This document shows positions 20,286 through 30,925 of a stretch of DNA of 64,000 nucleotides, piece by piece. A program made the translations under genes and the position numbers. The notes beneath the pieces are model-generated. The model saw only the letters and a program-made list of their open reading frames with translations, was not told where the DNA came from and made no database searches. Within the stretch, counting starts at the first letter, position 1. Each line of letters begins with the position of its first letter. Source of the DNA: an uncultured Bacilli bacterium (GTDB taxonomy: Bacteria; Bacillota_I; Bacilli_A; RF39; UBA660); contig CAKOZD010000004.1 in NCBI GenBank assembly GCA_934131175.1, forward strand, positions 17,507-81,506, written 5' to 3'.

Positions 20286-21518
20286 CTATTTAAATTGAAA
20301 CATTAACCACTCTGGTTTAAATATTAAAAGTATTCCAACAACTAGCATAATAATACCTCCAAGGATGTGAGAATACTTATTATACTTAGTACTTATTCCT
20401 GATACTTTCATTGTAAACATTGCAATAAAAAATACTATTAAATCATCTATTAAAAAGAAAAATATATAGATAAGTGTGTACATAAATTTCATAAAACTTG
20501 ACACATTATTTAAAGCAAGTAATTCAGAAAACACAATTGGAAGTCCAGCAGAACAGGCAAGTTCCACTAAATTTACACTGATTGCTAGACCCATTACTCC
20601 AATAAGTGCTAGAAAGAAACTTTTCTCATGTGTAAATTTTTTTATTTTATTAAAAATTGTTTTTCTCTTGTTTTTGTCTACTACATCACATCCTGAGTCT
20701 TTACTTTTTATAAAGCTTCTTAAATTTAATAATCCCCCTATAATTGCTACTAATGCAATTATATTTCTAATCCAAACTATTGTTGTTATTTTTACGGCTA
20801 TATTTATCCAAGATAACATTATTAACATATAAACTAGAGCAGAAGTTAATAAAAATGTTAATCCTAATGCCCACATTCTTTTTCTATCTTTCATTCCTAT
20901 TAAGACGCTTATTAAAAATAATAATATCCACATAGCACATGGATTAAATCCATCTACTAGTCCTATTACAATAGCAGATGTTGTTAGGGAAACATTTTTC
21001 ATATTAACTTTTCCAATTAATGGAAGAGAAAAAGTCATTTCATCATCTGTTTTTTCTTCACTTTCTTTAAACTTATCTTCTTTTACTTGTTCTTTTATTT
21101 CTTCGTCATCTTTATATGTTCCATCTTTTATTTTACTTACTACATCTTCATAGTCATTTTCTTCATAAAACTCTATTGCTCTTATAAGTTTACTTTCAGT
21201 ACTATCTCCAAAGCCTTGGATTACGCTATTTCCAATTACTGTTGTTGGAACACCACTTCTTTTTATTGAAAAAGTCTTTTCTACATCTTCTAGAAGAGAT
21301 GCATTTTCTTCGTTATACCATACTTCATATTCTACTATTTTTAAATTATTATAATTGTCTTTTATTGTATCTAAGTACTTTAATTCTGCTGCACAGTGTG
21401 GGCAACCATCTCCTTTAAATACATACATTGTAATTATATCTTCTTCTTTAGCATTAACATTTAGAGTTAATAAAAAAAAGAAAGTTATAATTACTAAAAA
21501 ATTAATTACTTTCTTCAT
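20286..21518 (-). CDS. Secreted thioredoxin-domain / CcdA-family (DsbD-like) thiol:disulfide interchange membrane protein
   Basis: Signal peptide. CPHC thioredoxin motif. Polytopic domain with the CcdA-type Cys motifs FNPCAMW and ACSAGLP. Confidence 0.65.
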   Translation of the reverse strand: MKKVINFLVIITFFFLLTLNVNAKEEDIITMYVFKGDGCPHCAAELKYLDTIKDNYNNLKIVEYEVWYNEENASLLEDVEKTFSIKRSGVPTTVIGNSVIQGFGDSTESKLIRAIEFYEENDYEDVVSKIKDGTYKDDEEIKEQVKEDKFKESEEKTDDEMTFSLPLIGKVNMKNVSLTTSAIVIGLVDGFNPCAMWILLFLISVLIGMKDRKRMWALGLTFLLTSALVYMLIMLSWINIAVKITTIVWIRNIIALVAIIGGLLNLRSFIKSKDSGCDVVDKNKRKTIFNKIKKFTHEKSFFLALIGVMGLAISVNLVELACSAGLPIVFSELLALNNVSSFMKFMYTLIYIFFFLIDDLIVFFIAMFTMKVSGISTKYNKYSHILGGIIMLVVGILLIFKPEWLMFQFK

Positions 21519-21780
21519 TTAATAAACCAACCTCTCTTAAATTATTTACCATATCAGAATAACTATATTCTCCTATAAATCTTTTTATTTCTTTATCATT
21601 TTCCATTACAATAAATACTGGTAGTTTTTCTCCAACATTATACTTTTCTACTTCATCTTCATCCATATCTATATCATATGTTTCATAAGAAAAGTTATAT
21701 TCTTTTATTAATTGGTTCCAAACTTTATTCATTACAAGACATCCGCTACACCAAATAGCACCTATTTTTATTAATTTCAT
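21502..21780 (-). CDS. Small thioredoxin-like protein (CSGC active site)
   Basis: IWCSGC motif. About 92 aa. Overlaps the downstream gene start. Confidence 0.55.
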   Translation of the reverse strand: MKLIKIGAIWCSGCLVMNKVWNQLIKEYNFSYETYDIDMDEDEVEKYNVGEKLPVFIVMENDKEIKRFIGEYSYSDMVNNLREVGLLNEESN

Positions 21781-21781
21781 T

Positions 21782-22903
21782 TTATCTCCTAAAATCTAAT
21801 TTTTTTATTTCTATTTCTAACTCTTTAATAAATTCGTCTATTTCTTCTTTTGTTGTTAAATATGAAATACTTATACGCATACTTCTACTTGCTCTTTCTT
21901 TGTCGTGGCATACTGCGAAAACCGCTCTTGAGTAAGAACCTGTTGAACAGGCAGTCTGTGTAGAAATATAGATTTCTTTTTCTTCTAATGCATGAAGCAT
22001 TACTTCACTTTTAATATTTTTTAAACTGAAATTTACAATATTGTTAATAGAGTAATTATTACTATTAATATATACATCTAAATTTTGTAGTTTACTTATT
22101 AAATAGTCATGTATTTCTTTTACATGGTTTTCTTTTTCTTTAAAATTATCATATGAAAGACGTAGGGCTTTTGCAAAAGAGACAATTAATGGAGTTGCTG
22201 GTGTTCCACTTCTATAAATAGTTGTTGATTTTCCTCCATGAATAATTGGTTCTATAACTAAGTTTTCTCTTTTTATTAAGGCTCCTATTCCTTTCATTCC
22301 AAAGAATTTTTGACATGACATAGATGCAAGGTCTACTAGACTGAAATCAAATTTAGTTTTACCTATACTTTGAGTAACATCGCTATGAAGTAAGACTTTT
22401 TTATGACGCCTTACTACTTCACTTATTTTTTTCATATCTTGCATAATACCAACTTCACTATTAACTGATGCAATTGAAACAAGTACTGTATCATCTCTTA
22501 TTAGATTTTCTAAATCGTCTAAATCTACTAAACCATTATCATCTAATTTTACAAAGTCTATATCATACCCTTCTTCTTGTAGATAATTTAGAGGAGCAAT
22601 TATTGATGAATGTTCAAGTTCTGTAGTAATTATGTGTTTACCACGATTTTTATACTTTGAAGTGACACCTTTAATTGCTAAATTATTTGCTTCACTTGCT
22701 CCACTTGTATAAATTATTTCACTTTGTTTTACTCCAAGAATATTAGCAATTTGCATAGTACTAGCATCTATTATTTTTTTTGCTTCTATTCCTAGTTTAT
22801 GTAGAGAATTGGGGTTTCCAATAAATTCACGACATACTCTACTATATGTATTAATTACTTCTTCATTTACTGGTGTTGTTGCACTATAATCTAAATAAAT
22901 CAT
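21782..22903 (-). CDS. Cysteine desulfurase (class V aminotransferase, NifS/IscS-like)
   Basis: MIYLDYSATTPV N-terminus, a PLP-lysine region, and a C-terminal active-site Cys. Confidence 0.85.
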   Translation of the reverse strand: MIYLDYSATTPVNEEVINTYSRVCREFIGNPNSLHKLGIEAKKIIDASTMQIANILGVKQSEIIYTSGASEANNLAIKGVTSKYKNRGKHIITTELEHSSIIAPLNYLQEEGYDIDFVKLDDNGLVDLDDLENLIRDDTVLVSIASVNSEVGIMQDMKKISEVVRRHKKVLLHSDVTQSIGKTKFDFSLVDLASMSCQKFFGMKGIGALIKRENLVIEPIIHGGKSTTIYRSGTPATPLIVSFAKALRLSYDNFKEKENHVKEIHDYLISKLQNLDVYINSNNYSINNIVNFSLKNIKSEVMLHALEEKEIYISTQTACSTGSYSRAVFAVCHDKERASRSMRISISYLTTKEEIDEFIKELEIEIKKLDFRR

Positions 22904-23044
22904 TTTTACCTCCTAAAACAACTATACTTTATTTTATATTTTTAACTATAAATTTGAAGTTGAATTTTACTAAACCTATAGTTGAATAACAAACTAAACA
23001 TATTATAACACGTATAATTCTTTTATTGAACAAAGAAAAAAGTT

Positions 23045-23695
23045 CTAATCTTTAGAACCTTCTTCTTTATAATTTGATTTATAATCTTCTATTAATTCAT
23101 GTAGATATTGCATACTTTTATCTAAGTTTCTTATTTCTTTTGCTCTTAGATTCATATTAGAATTTATACTTTCTGGTAATTCTTCAGGTAATTTGTATCT
23201 TAATTTATGATCAAGACTTGCCCAGCAATCCATTGCTACTGTTCTTATTTGAACTTCTGCTTCAATATATTCTGTTCTATCTAATAAATGAACTGGTACT
23301 AATAAGTTTATGTGATAACTACTATATCCACTATCTTTTGGATTTTTTATGTAGTCACTTTCATCTTTTACAATAAATTGTTTACTCGATTTTAATATTC
23401 CAACTATTTCATAGACATCTGCAAGAAATGAACAAACTATTCTTATTCCTACTATATCATGAACATTATGAATCATATTTTCAACTGTTACATCTAGACC
23501 TTTTCTTTCTAGTTTTCCTTTAATACTAGAAAAACTTTTTATTCTTGTTTTTATATGTTCTACTGGATTATATTCATTTTTAAATTTATATTCTTCAAGT
23601 AATATTTCAAGTTCACTAGTTAATCTATTAAGAGCAAATGTGTATTTAAGCATTTCCTCTTGGAATTCGCTATTTTCTAATAAATCTATATCCAT
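23045..23695 (-). CDS. Small alarmone synthetase (RelA/SpoT-domain GTP pyrophosphokinase, RelQ/RelP-like)
   Basis: 216 aa. Synthetase-domain motifs DIVGIRIVCSF, YSSYHINLLV and EVQIRTVAMDCWASLDHKLRYK. Confidence 0.8.
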   Translation of the reverse strand: MDIDLLENSEFQEEMLKYTFALNRLTSELEILLEEYKFKNEYNPVEHIKTRIKSFSSIKGKLERKGLDVTVENMIHNVHDIVGIRIVCSFLADVYEIVGILKSSKQFIVKDESDYIKNPKDSGYSSYHINLLVPVHLLDRTEYIEAEVQIRTVAMDCWASLDHKLRYKLPEELPESINSNMNLRAKEIRNLDKSMQYLHELIEDYKSNYKEEGSKD

Positions 23696-23736
23696 TTTAT
23701 CCCTCTTTTCTTTTTGGCTAAAAAATACTAATAATT

Positions 23737-24003
23737 TTACTTATTAGTATTTTGATAATAATCTCTTTCTGCAATAGTAGATGAAATATAATCTAATTCT
23801 TCATCTACAATATCCATATCATTTAATATGTCTTCTACTTCAAATAATATTTCCTTTAGACTATTGCATTTTTTATAATTAATTTTGTATTTATTTAATA
23901 TATCAATTTCTCTATTAGTAAGTAAAATACCATTACCTATATCATTATATTTATTAGCATTAAAATCTATTTCACTTATAACTTTATTTATATCTATTTC
24001 CAT
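23737..24003 (-). CDS. Hypothetical small protein
   Basis: 88-aa ORF, coupled (3-nt gap) to the 24006..24527 gene. Confidence 0.35.
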   Translation of the reverse strand: MEIDINKVISEIDFNANKYNDIGNGILLTNREIDILNKYKINYKKCNSLKEILFEVEDILNDMDIVDEELDYISSTIAERDYYQNTNK

Positions 24004-24005
24004 AA

Positions 24006-24527
24006 TTACCTACATGAATAACTATTATTTTTTAATTTCTTCATAAGTTCACCTGGTGTATATTTATCTTTTATTTTTAAAGTAATAACATCTCCACTCA
24101 TGGTATTTGTATTAATATTCATGCCTAAATCTCCAGTTGATGAAAAATCAATATTATCAAGTAAAACTAATTCATCTTTAGAAATATCTATTGTTGCGAT
24201 AACACCAGTTGATGTTATTTCATATTTTACACTTTTTCCTAAATATTCTAATGTGTTTTCTAAAGAATATTTTACACTATTTTGGTAACTCTCATTATCT
24301 AAATACTTTTTAGGAAGTATAATTTTCTTTACTAAATGAATATTACTTATACTGCCATTATCTATTGTTGTAGTAACTACTTCTTTTAATGTAACGTCGT
24401 TATCAAAATTAGTGGTCTTTTCACAGACAACTTTATCTTGTTGAAGAGTTGCAAATAAATATACTACTATTATAAGCATTATAAATGTTATTACAATTGG
24501 TAGTTTCATACTTTTTCTTGTATTCAT
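24006..24527 (-). CDS. Hypothetical membrane-anchored protein
   Basis: N-terminal TM helix followed by an extracytoplasmic domain. Confidence 0.4.
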   Translation of the reverse strand: MNTRKSMKLPIVITFIMLIIVVYLFATLQQDKVVCEKTTNFDNDVTLKEVVTTTIDNGSISNIHLVKKIILPKKYLDNESYQNSVKYSLENTLEYLGKSVKYEITSTGVIATIDISKDELVLLDNIDFSSTGDLGMNINTNTMSGDVITLKIKDKYTPGELMKKLKNNSYSCR

Positions 24528-24699
24528 AGAATCACCTCACACATAAATTATACCATATTTTTTTATAAAACAAGTACTTATTTATTAAGTATTGTTCTTT
24601 TTAGACAAATATAGAAAATGTGTGTCTAATATTAGAGAATAGAAAGTAAATTATTTGGTTGGCTATAATTAAAGAATCTTATAAAAAAGAAAAAGGATA

Positions 24700-27048
24700 T
24701 TAATCAATATCCTTAAAGCCTTCCCATTTCCAATCACTTACAAATGGCATATCTTCTCCATATTCACGAATATAATCATGATGTTTTTTAAGCATTTGAT
24801 TACACCAATCAATTAATGCTTCTCCACTTTTTCTATAGCGTGGTATTTCTTTTAATGCGGCTATTACTAAATGGAATCTATCAATTTCATTTTGAACACG
24901 AATATCAAATGTTGTTGTGATTGTTCCTTCTTCTTTGTAGCCATGTACATGCATGTTTCTATTTGTTCTTTTATATGTTAATTGATGGATAATTGATGGA
25001 TAACCATGAAAGTTAAATATAATTGGTTTATTAGTTGTAAATATTTCATCATATTCTTTATCACTCATACCATGTGGATGTGTTTCTGGACTTTGTAGTT
25101 TCATTAAATCTACAACGTTTACAACACGTATTTTTATACCCTTTACACTTCTTCTTAAAATGTCAACTGCTGCTAGTACTTCAAGTGTAGGTGTTTCTCC
25201 ACAACAAGCAAGAACTATATCTGGGTCTCCTTCATCATTACTTGCAAAGTTCCATACACCTAAGCCTCTTCTACAATGTACTCTTGCTTGTGTCTTAGTT
25301 AACCATTGTGGTCTTGGATGTTTTGATGCAATTATTACATTTACATAATTTTTTGTTTTTATACAATGATCAAAACATGATAATAAACAGTTTGTATCTG
25401 GTGGCAAATACATTCTAACAACATCTGCTTTTTTAGTTACTAAATGATTCAAAAATCCTGGGTCTTGATGAGTATAACCATTATGATCTTGTTGGAATAC
25501 ATGACTTACAAGTAAGAAGTTAAGAGATGCAATTGGGGCTCTCCATGGAATTTGATTACATACTTTTAACCATTTAGCATGTTGACTTGCCATTGAATCA
25601 ACAATTCTTACGAAAGCTTCATAACTATGAATAAATCCATATCTTCCTGTTAATAAATAACCTTCTAACATTCCCTCACATAAGTGTTCTGAAAGATATG
25701 AGTCCATTACTCTACCTGTTGGTGATAAGAACTCATCATTTTTTAATAATTTATAATTCCAAGTTCTATTTTCCACTTCAAATACATGATTAAATCTATT
25801 AGATAATGCTTCATCTGGACCAAATATTCTAAAGTTTTTATTATCTCTATTTAGTACAAATAAATCTCTTATATATTTACCTAGTTCCATTGTATCTTGT
25901 TTTACAACACTTCCTGGTTTTTTAATATCTAAACAATAATCTTCCCAATCTGGAGTTCTTATTTCTTTTAGTAGAAGTCCTCCATTAGCATAACTACTTG
26001 CTCCCATACATTTTGTAGGCGTTGGACATAAGTCTCTTAATTCTTTTATTAATCTACCTTTGGCATCAAATAAGTTATCAACGTTATAACTCTTTAACCA
26101 TTTTTCTAATAGTTTTAAATTTTCTGGATGGTCATGTGTTATTGGAATTGGTACTTGATGTGCTCTAAATGATCCTTCTATTTTCTTAGAATCTACTTCT
26201 TTTGGTCCAGTCCATCCTTTTGGAGTAGTTAATACTATCATTGGATAATTTCCACTACCACGAGTTTTTATTTTTTTAATTTCGTTGATTACTTTGTCCA
26301 TTACTTTTGCCATTTCTTCATGCATTTTTAATGGGTCACTGCCTGATACAAAGTATGGTTTCCAACCATAACCATAGAAGAAATCTTCAAGTTCATCATT
26401 ACTCATTCTTCCAAATATTGTTGGGTTTGCTATTTTATAACCATTTCTATGAAGGATTGGTAAAACTACACCATCTGTTTTTCTATTTAAAAATTTATTA
26501 ATATGCCAAGATGTTGCAAGTGGTCCTGTTTCTGCTTCACCATCTCCTACAACACATGCTGCAATTAAATCACTGTTATCAAGTACTGCTCCTGCCGCAT
26601 GAGCAAGACTATATCCTAATTCTCCACCTTCATGAATTGAACCTGGTGTTTCTGGTGCTACATGAGATGATACTCCTCCTGGAAAACTAAATTGCTTACA
26701 TAGTTTCTTTAAACCTTCTTCATCTTCTGTTATTTCCGGATAAAATTTAGAATATATTCCTTCTAAATAATTATTCGCTATCATTGCTTGTCCACCATGT
26801 CCTGGTCCAGATATATAAATCATTTTTAGATTATTCTTTTTAATTACTCTATTTAAATGCATATAAATAAAATTTTGTCCTGGAGTTGTTCCCCAGTGTC
26901 CAACTACATTTGGTTTTACTTGATTAATTGTAAGTGGTCTTCTAAGTAATGGATTATCAAGTAAATATAATTGAGCTGCACTTAAATAATTTAAAACTCT
27001 GAAATACTCATCCATTCTTTGTAATTCAGTTTTATTTAATGTTGCCAT
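24700..27048 (-). CDS. xfp: Xylulose-5-phosphate/fructose-6-phosphate phosphoketolase
   Basis: 782 aa. N-terminus MATLNKTELQRMDEYFRVLNYLSAAQLYLLDNPLL, a TPP-binding GHGG motif, and a phosphoketolase C-terminal domain. Confidence 0.95.
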   Translation of the reverse strand: MATLNKTELQRMDEYFRVLNYLSAAQLYLLDNPLLRRPLTINQVKPNVVGHWGTTPGQNFIYMHLNRVIKKNNLKMIYISGPGHGGQAMIANNYLEGIYSKFYPEITEDEEGLKKLCKQFSFPGGVSSHVAPETPGSIHEGGELGYSLAHAAGAVLDNSDLIAACVVGDGEAETGPLATSWHINKFLNRKTDGVVLPILHRNGYKIANPTIFGRMSNDELEDFFYGYGWKPYFVSGSDPLKMHEEMAKVMDKVINEIKKIKTRGSGNYPMIVLTTPKGWTGPKEVDSKKIEGSFRAHQVPIPITHDHPENLKLLEKWLKSYNVDNLFDAKGRLIKELRDLCPTPTKCMGASSYANGGLLLKEIRTPDWEDYCLDIKKPGSVVKQDTMELGKYIRDLFVLNRDNKNFRIFGPDEALSNRFNHVFEVENRTWNYKLLKNDEFLSPTGRVMDSYLSEHLCEGMLEGYLLTGRYGFIHSYEAFVRIVDSMASQHAKWLKVCNQIPWRAPIASLNFLLVSHVFQQDHNGYTHQDPGFLNHLVTKKADVVRMYLPPDTNCLLSCFDHCIKTKNYVNVIIASKHPRPQWLTKTQARVHCRRGLGVWNFASNDEGDPDIVLACCGETPTLEVLAAVDILRRSVKGIKIRVVNVVDLMKLQSPETHPHGMSDKEYDEIFTTNKPIIFNFHGYPSIIHQLTYKRTNRNMHVHGYKEEGTITTTFDIRVQNEIDRFHLVIAALKEIPRYRKSGEALIDWCNQMLKKHHDYIREYGEDMPFVSDWKWEGFKDID

Positions 27049-27132
27049 ATATACACTCTCCTATTCTTAGAAAATTATAACATAAAAAAAAAGAGTATTA
27101 AACTCTTTTCAATAAAATCTCTTAGATAAATT

Positions 27133-28176
27133 TTATATTTTTTCTAATTTTTTTGTTATAACATCTTTTATTTCTTCTTCACTTAATTCTTCTATTTCTT
27201 CTATAAAATACTTTTCTATAATACTCATTCTTATATTATAAGGTATTCTTCTTGATTTATATTTTTTATATAATTCATTATCTTGCCATGTACCATATTT
27301 TACCTTTATAAGACTTGATACTAATGTTATTAATTCTTTTTTCTTTTGATATGGAATATTACTATATAAAATATCTCTTGTTCTTTGTAAGCAATTTACA
27401 ATTGAAAGAAAGTTTAATTGTTCTTCTAATTCTTTATCTGTAGAAGATGGTATTTCTTGTTTTATCATATCAGAACAAGTAAATATATCTAGCATTTTTT
27501 TAGAAACTTTTCTTGTATCTTTAATAGTTGTTCCTGAGAAATTAACACTATAATTATATCTTGCATCTTTTTCTGGTACTGTTACTACTTTATTTGCTTT
27601 ATAAAGTAATGGTATTGTAAACGGGTAATCTTCCCACTTTAAGTTTTCTGGAAACTCAACTGTTCCAATTAAATTTCTTTTAAATAATTTATTTGTTACA
27701 CAAGGATATTCTTCTGTTAAATAAGATATTTCTTCTTTTGGAATTATTATTTTATGTTCATCAATATTACTTTTTCTTCCTAAGAATGAGACATCTTTAC
27801 CTGAAAATACTTTTATCATATTTATTCTTGCTATATCAGAATCTGTATTTACACATGATTCATACATTCTTTTTAAAGTGTTTTTTTCAATATAGTCATC
27901 GCTATCTATAAAAGTAATATATTCTCCACTTGCTATTTTTAAGCCCTTATTTCTAGATGCTCCTGCTCCCATATTTTTATTATTTTTTAATACTTTTATT
28001 TTGTCTTTATGAGCTTCTTTTATTTCACTAATTATTTTTAAACTATTATCTTTTGAATTGTCATCTATTAATATTATTTCAAAATCTTGAAATGTTTGAT
28101 TTAAAATACTATTTAGGCATCTTCTTATGTATTTTTCTGAATTATAGACTGGTATTATTATACTAATTCTTGCCAT
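27133..28176 (-). CDS. Glycosyltransferase family 2
   Basis: ISIIIPVYNSEKYIRRCLNSILNQTFQDFEIILIDDNSKD. Confidence 0.8.
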   Translation of the reverse strand: MARISIIIPVYNSEKYIRRCLNSILNQTFQDFEIILIDDNSKDNSLKIISEIKEAHKDKIKVLKNNKNMGAGASRNKGLKIASGEYITFIDSDDYIEKNTLKRMYESCVNTDSDIARINMIKVFSGKDVSFLGRKSNIDEHKIIIPKEEISYLTEEYPCVTNKLFKRNLIGTVEFPENLKWEDYPFTIPLLYKANKVVTVPEKDARYNYSVNFSGTTIKDTRKVSKKMLDIFTCSDMIKQEIPSSTDKELEEQLNFLSIVNCLQRTRDILYSNIPYQKKKELITLVSSLIKVKYGTWQDNELYKKYKSRRIPYNIRMSIIEKYFIEEIEELSEEEIKDVITKKLEKI

Positions 28177-28195
28177 ATTAACCCCCTTTTTTATT

Positions 28196-28909
28196 TTAGT
28201 TTTTGTATGAATAAACTATTTGTACTTCTTTTGGAGTTAATTTACGATATTGTCCTGATTTTAGATTCTTTATATCAAATATTCCAATACGTTCTCTTGT
28301 TAGTTTTTCTACATGAAAACCTACACTTTCAAACATTCTTTTTACTTGATGATTTTTTCCTTCGTGAATTGTTATTTCAACCATTGAAGTTGAGTTTTCT
28401 TGGTTTACTTTCTTTAATTTAACACGTGATGCTTTTACTAAGACGTCGTCTAACATAATTCCATTTTTTAGTGCATTTATTTGTTCACCTTTAATGATTC
28501 CTTCTAATTTAGCAAGATATACTTTATCGATTTTATTAGATGGGTGCATTAATATATTTGCAAACTCTCCATCATTTGTTAAAAGTATTGCTCCTGTTGT
28601 ATCATAATCAAGTCTTCCTACTGGATAAATTCTTGCTGATGTTTCTATTAAATCTGTTACTGTTTTTCTACCATGTTCATCATTAGTAGTAGTTATTACT
28701 CCACGAGGTTTATTTAATAAATAATATTCTTTAGTTTCTTTTTCTATTGGTTTATTATTAACTTCTACTTTATCACTTTCTGATACTTTAGTTCCTAATT
28801 CTTTTATAACTTCACCATTTACTTTTACTTTTCCTTCTAAAATTAATTCTTCTGCTTTTCTTCTTGAAGCAATTCCTGCTTGTGCAATTACTTTTTGTAG
28901 TCTTTCCAT
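28196..28909 (-). CDS. rluB: Pseudouridine synthase (RsuA/RluB family) with an N-terminal S4 domain
   Basis: MERLQKVIAQAGIASRRKAEELI S4 domain. Catalytic region GRLDYDTTGAILLTNDG. Confidence 0.8.
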   Translation of the reverse strand: MERLQKVIAQAGIASRRKAEELILEGKVKVNGEVIKELGTKVSESDKVEVNNKPIEKETKEYYLLNKPRGVITTTNDEHGRKTVTDLIETSARIYPVGRLDYDTTGAILLTNDGEFANILMHPSNKIDKVYLAKLEGIIKGEQINALKNGIMLDDVLVKASRVKLKKVNQENSTSMVEITIHEGKNHQVKRMFESVGFHVEKLTRERIGIFDIKNLKSGQYRKLTPKEVQIVYSYKN

Positions 28910-29077
28910 TTTTAGTCACCTCTTTTATATTTTACTATAATTTCTTATAATTTACTAATCTCTTTCGTGCTCATATTATACTATTATTTTTAATTTATTG
29001 AAAGAAAAAAGAATAATATTTCATATTCTTTAACGATTATTATGGTTATATTTAATTATTTATGTAAATATTATGAA

Positions 29078-30121
29078 TTATAAATTATTAATAAAGTCCA
29101 TGTATATGTTATATAAAGTTAATAGGCTTTTCTTATTAACATATTCTTTTGGATTATGTGGATAGTAACCAATTGGATTCATAATAACTGTTGGAATGTT
29201 TTTCAAATAAAAGTAAATAGCGTCTGATGTTGATTCACATCCTGTTATATTTATCTTTTTATTTAATATTTTTTCACTAGATTTAATATATTTTTTTACA
29301 AATTTATTATTTAAATCTGTTTTAAATACATCTCCGTCTAACAATATTTCATATTTTACATCATGTTTTTTTACTATATCTAATATGTCTTGGACACTAT
29401 CTTTTGAAATACGTCTAATATCTAAATAAGCTGTTGCAAGGGATGGAACACAATTAGTTGCATTTCCTCCATCAAGTTTTGATAAATTTATTGTTGTTGT
29501 GTACTCACTACTATTTTTAGGAAGCTTATATTTACTTATTAAATCATTGTATACATCTATTATTTTAACAATAGCATTTTCTCCATTAAATGGTTGGGAT
29601 GCATGAGCACTTATTCCTTCTGCTGTTAATTTTAATTGTAATGCTCCTTTTTCTTCTACAATTAAATCAAAGTTACTTCCGCCATCTGGGACAATTGCAA
29701 AAGAACTATTATATATTTCTAGTAATTCTTTAACACAATTACCATCTATTTCTTCATCACTTGTTATAAATAAAGCTATTTTCTTAGTAGTTTTTAATGT
29801 ATTCATAACATTTATGCAAACTGAGACACTACCTTTCATGTCAATAGTACCACGACCATATAAATTATCAGCATCTTCTATTATGCTGTAGTTATCACTT
29901 TCAACTATATCTATGTGTGTACAAAAGATAACATCAAAAGAATAAGAATCACAATTCGATATAACCATACATTTTTTATTATTAAAAGTATACTCTTTTA
30001 TAAATAAGTTCTTATTGCATATTTCTTTTACATAACAAAATAATTTTTCAAACTCTAATTTATTACTTTCAATAGTTTTAAACTCTAAAAGTTTTAATAA
30101 AATATTTTTAATATTTTCCAT
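29078..30121 (-). CDS. M20-family metallopeptidase / deacylase (ArgE/DapE-like)
   Basis: Motifs HIDIV, GRGTIDMKG and TSDEEIDG typical of M20 peptidases. Confidence 0.7.
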   Translation of the reverse strand: MENIKNILLKLLEFKTIESNKLEFEKLFCYVKEICNKNLFIKEYTFNNKKCMVISNCDSYSFDVIFCTHIDIVESDNYSIIEDADNLYGRGTIDMKGSVSVCINVMNTLKTTKKIALFITSDEEIDGNCVKELLEIYNSSFAIVPDGGSNFDLIVEEKGALQLKLTAEGISAHASQPFNGENAIVKIIDVYNDLISKYKLPKNSSEYTTTINLSKLDGGNATNCVPSLATAYLDIRRISKDSVQDILDIVKKHDVKYEILLDGDVFKTDLNNKFVKKYIKSSEKILNKKINITGCESTSDAIYFYLKNIPTVIMNPIGYYPHNPKEYVNKKSLLTLYNIYMDFINNL

Positions 30122-30815
30122 ATACTTTCTCCTTACTATTTGTCTTATTTTTATAGATTACTTCTCTTGTTTCTTTGTCTGCTAAATAAAATTGTCCTTT
30201 TGCATCTACTGAAACATTATCATTAAGTGGCATATACATATGAAGTCGATAATCTCCTTTTGTATCTGTTACATCTACCCATTCTGCAATAATCATATCA
30301 TCTTTTTTACATATCTCAAGTCCTCCGTATTGCATAATGTATTCTGACATAGAATCTTTTAAATCAGTTCTTGCAAAGACAAAGTCAAAACCATTTTCTT
30401 TAGCAAATTGAATTGCATAGTTTACTAGTACATGGCACGCTCCTTTCCCACGATATTTTGGTAAAGTAGATAATCCATAAAAATATAATGAATTAAGTTC
30501 TTTCCCATTATTGGAGATGAAGTCTACTGTGTCATTATTCATATTGTAAATACATCCATTCATTGATACAGGTTCCATATTTTCATCAAAATAGATAAAT
30601 AGTTTTCCAGAGTCTTCATATAATTGTAGTTCTTCTTTTGCTGCTTCATAATCAATATCTTCACCATAGTGTTCAGCAAATGACATTAATAAATTTTGTA
30701 ATATTAAAATATTTTCTTCTGAATATCCTAATGTTCCTATATAACAACCATTATCTAATTTTTCCCATATCTTAAATTTACTATTATCTTTTAGTATTTC
30801 TTTATATTTATTCAT
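30108..30815 (-). CDS. GNAT-family acetyltransferase (putative). Overlaps the M20 gene.
   Basis: YRGKGACHVLVNYAIQFAKENGFDFVF acetyl-CoA-binding-like motif. Start set at MNKYKE, 8 nt after an aggag SD. 14-nt overlap with the downstream M20 gene. Confidence 0.5.
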   Translation of the reverse strand: MNKYKEILKDNSKFKIWEKLDNGCYIGTLGYSEENILILQNLLMSFAEHYGEDIDYEAAKEELQLYEDSGKLFIYFDENMEPVSMNGCIYNMNNDTVDFISNNGKELNSLYFYGLSTLPKYRGKGACHVLVNYAIQFAKENGFDFVFARTDLKDSMSEYIMQYGGLEICKKDDMIIAEWVDVTDTKGDYRLHMYMPLNDNVSVDAKGQFYLADKETREVIYKNKTNSKEKVYGKY

Positions 30816-30840
30816 ATACATCTCTCCTTTCAAAAAAACT

Positions 30841-30925
30841 ATACTTTTCGTATAGCATAAAAAAATCCTATACATCTTGCATAGGACTAAAAGAAAAACC
30901 TATGCAAATCTGCATAGGTCTACAA
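30841..30925 (-). promoter_or_regulatory. Three tandem hairpin + U-tract elements (terminator/attenuator-like) in the leader of the GNAT-M20 operon
   Basis: On the minus (sense) strand: cctatgcagatttgcatagg+tttttctttt, then tcctatgcaagatgtatagga+ttttttt, then ctatacgaaaagtatag+ttttttt, then the RBS. The first two stems share the cctatgca/tgcatagg palindrome arms. Confidence 0.5.
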
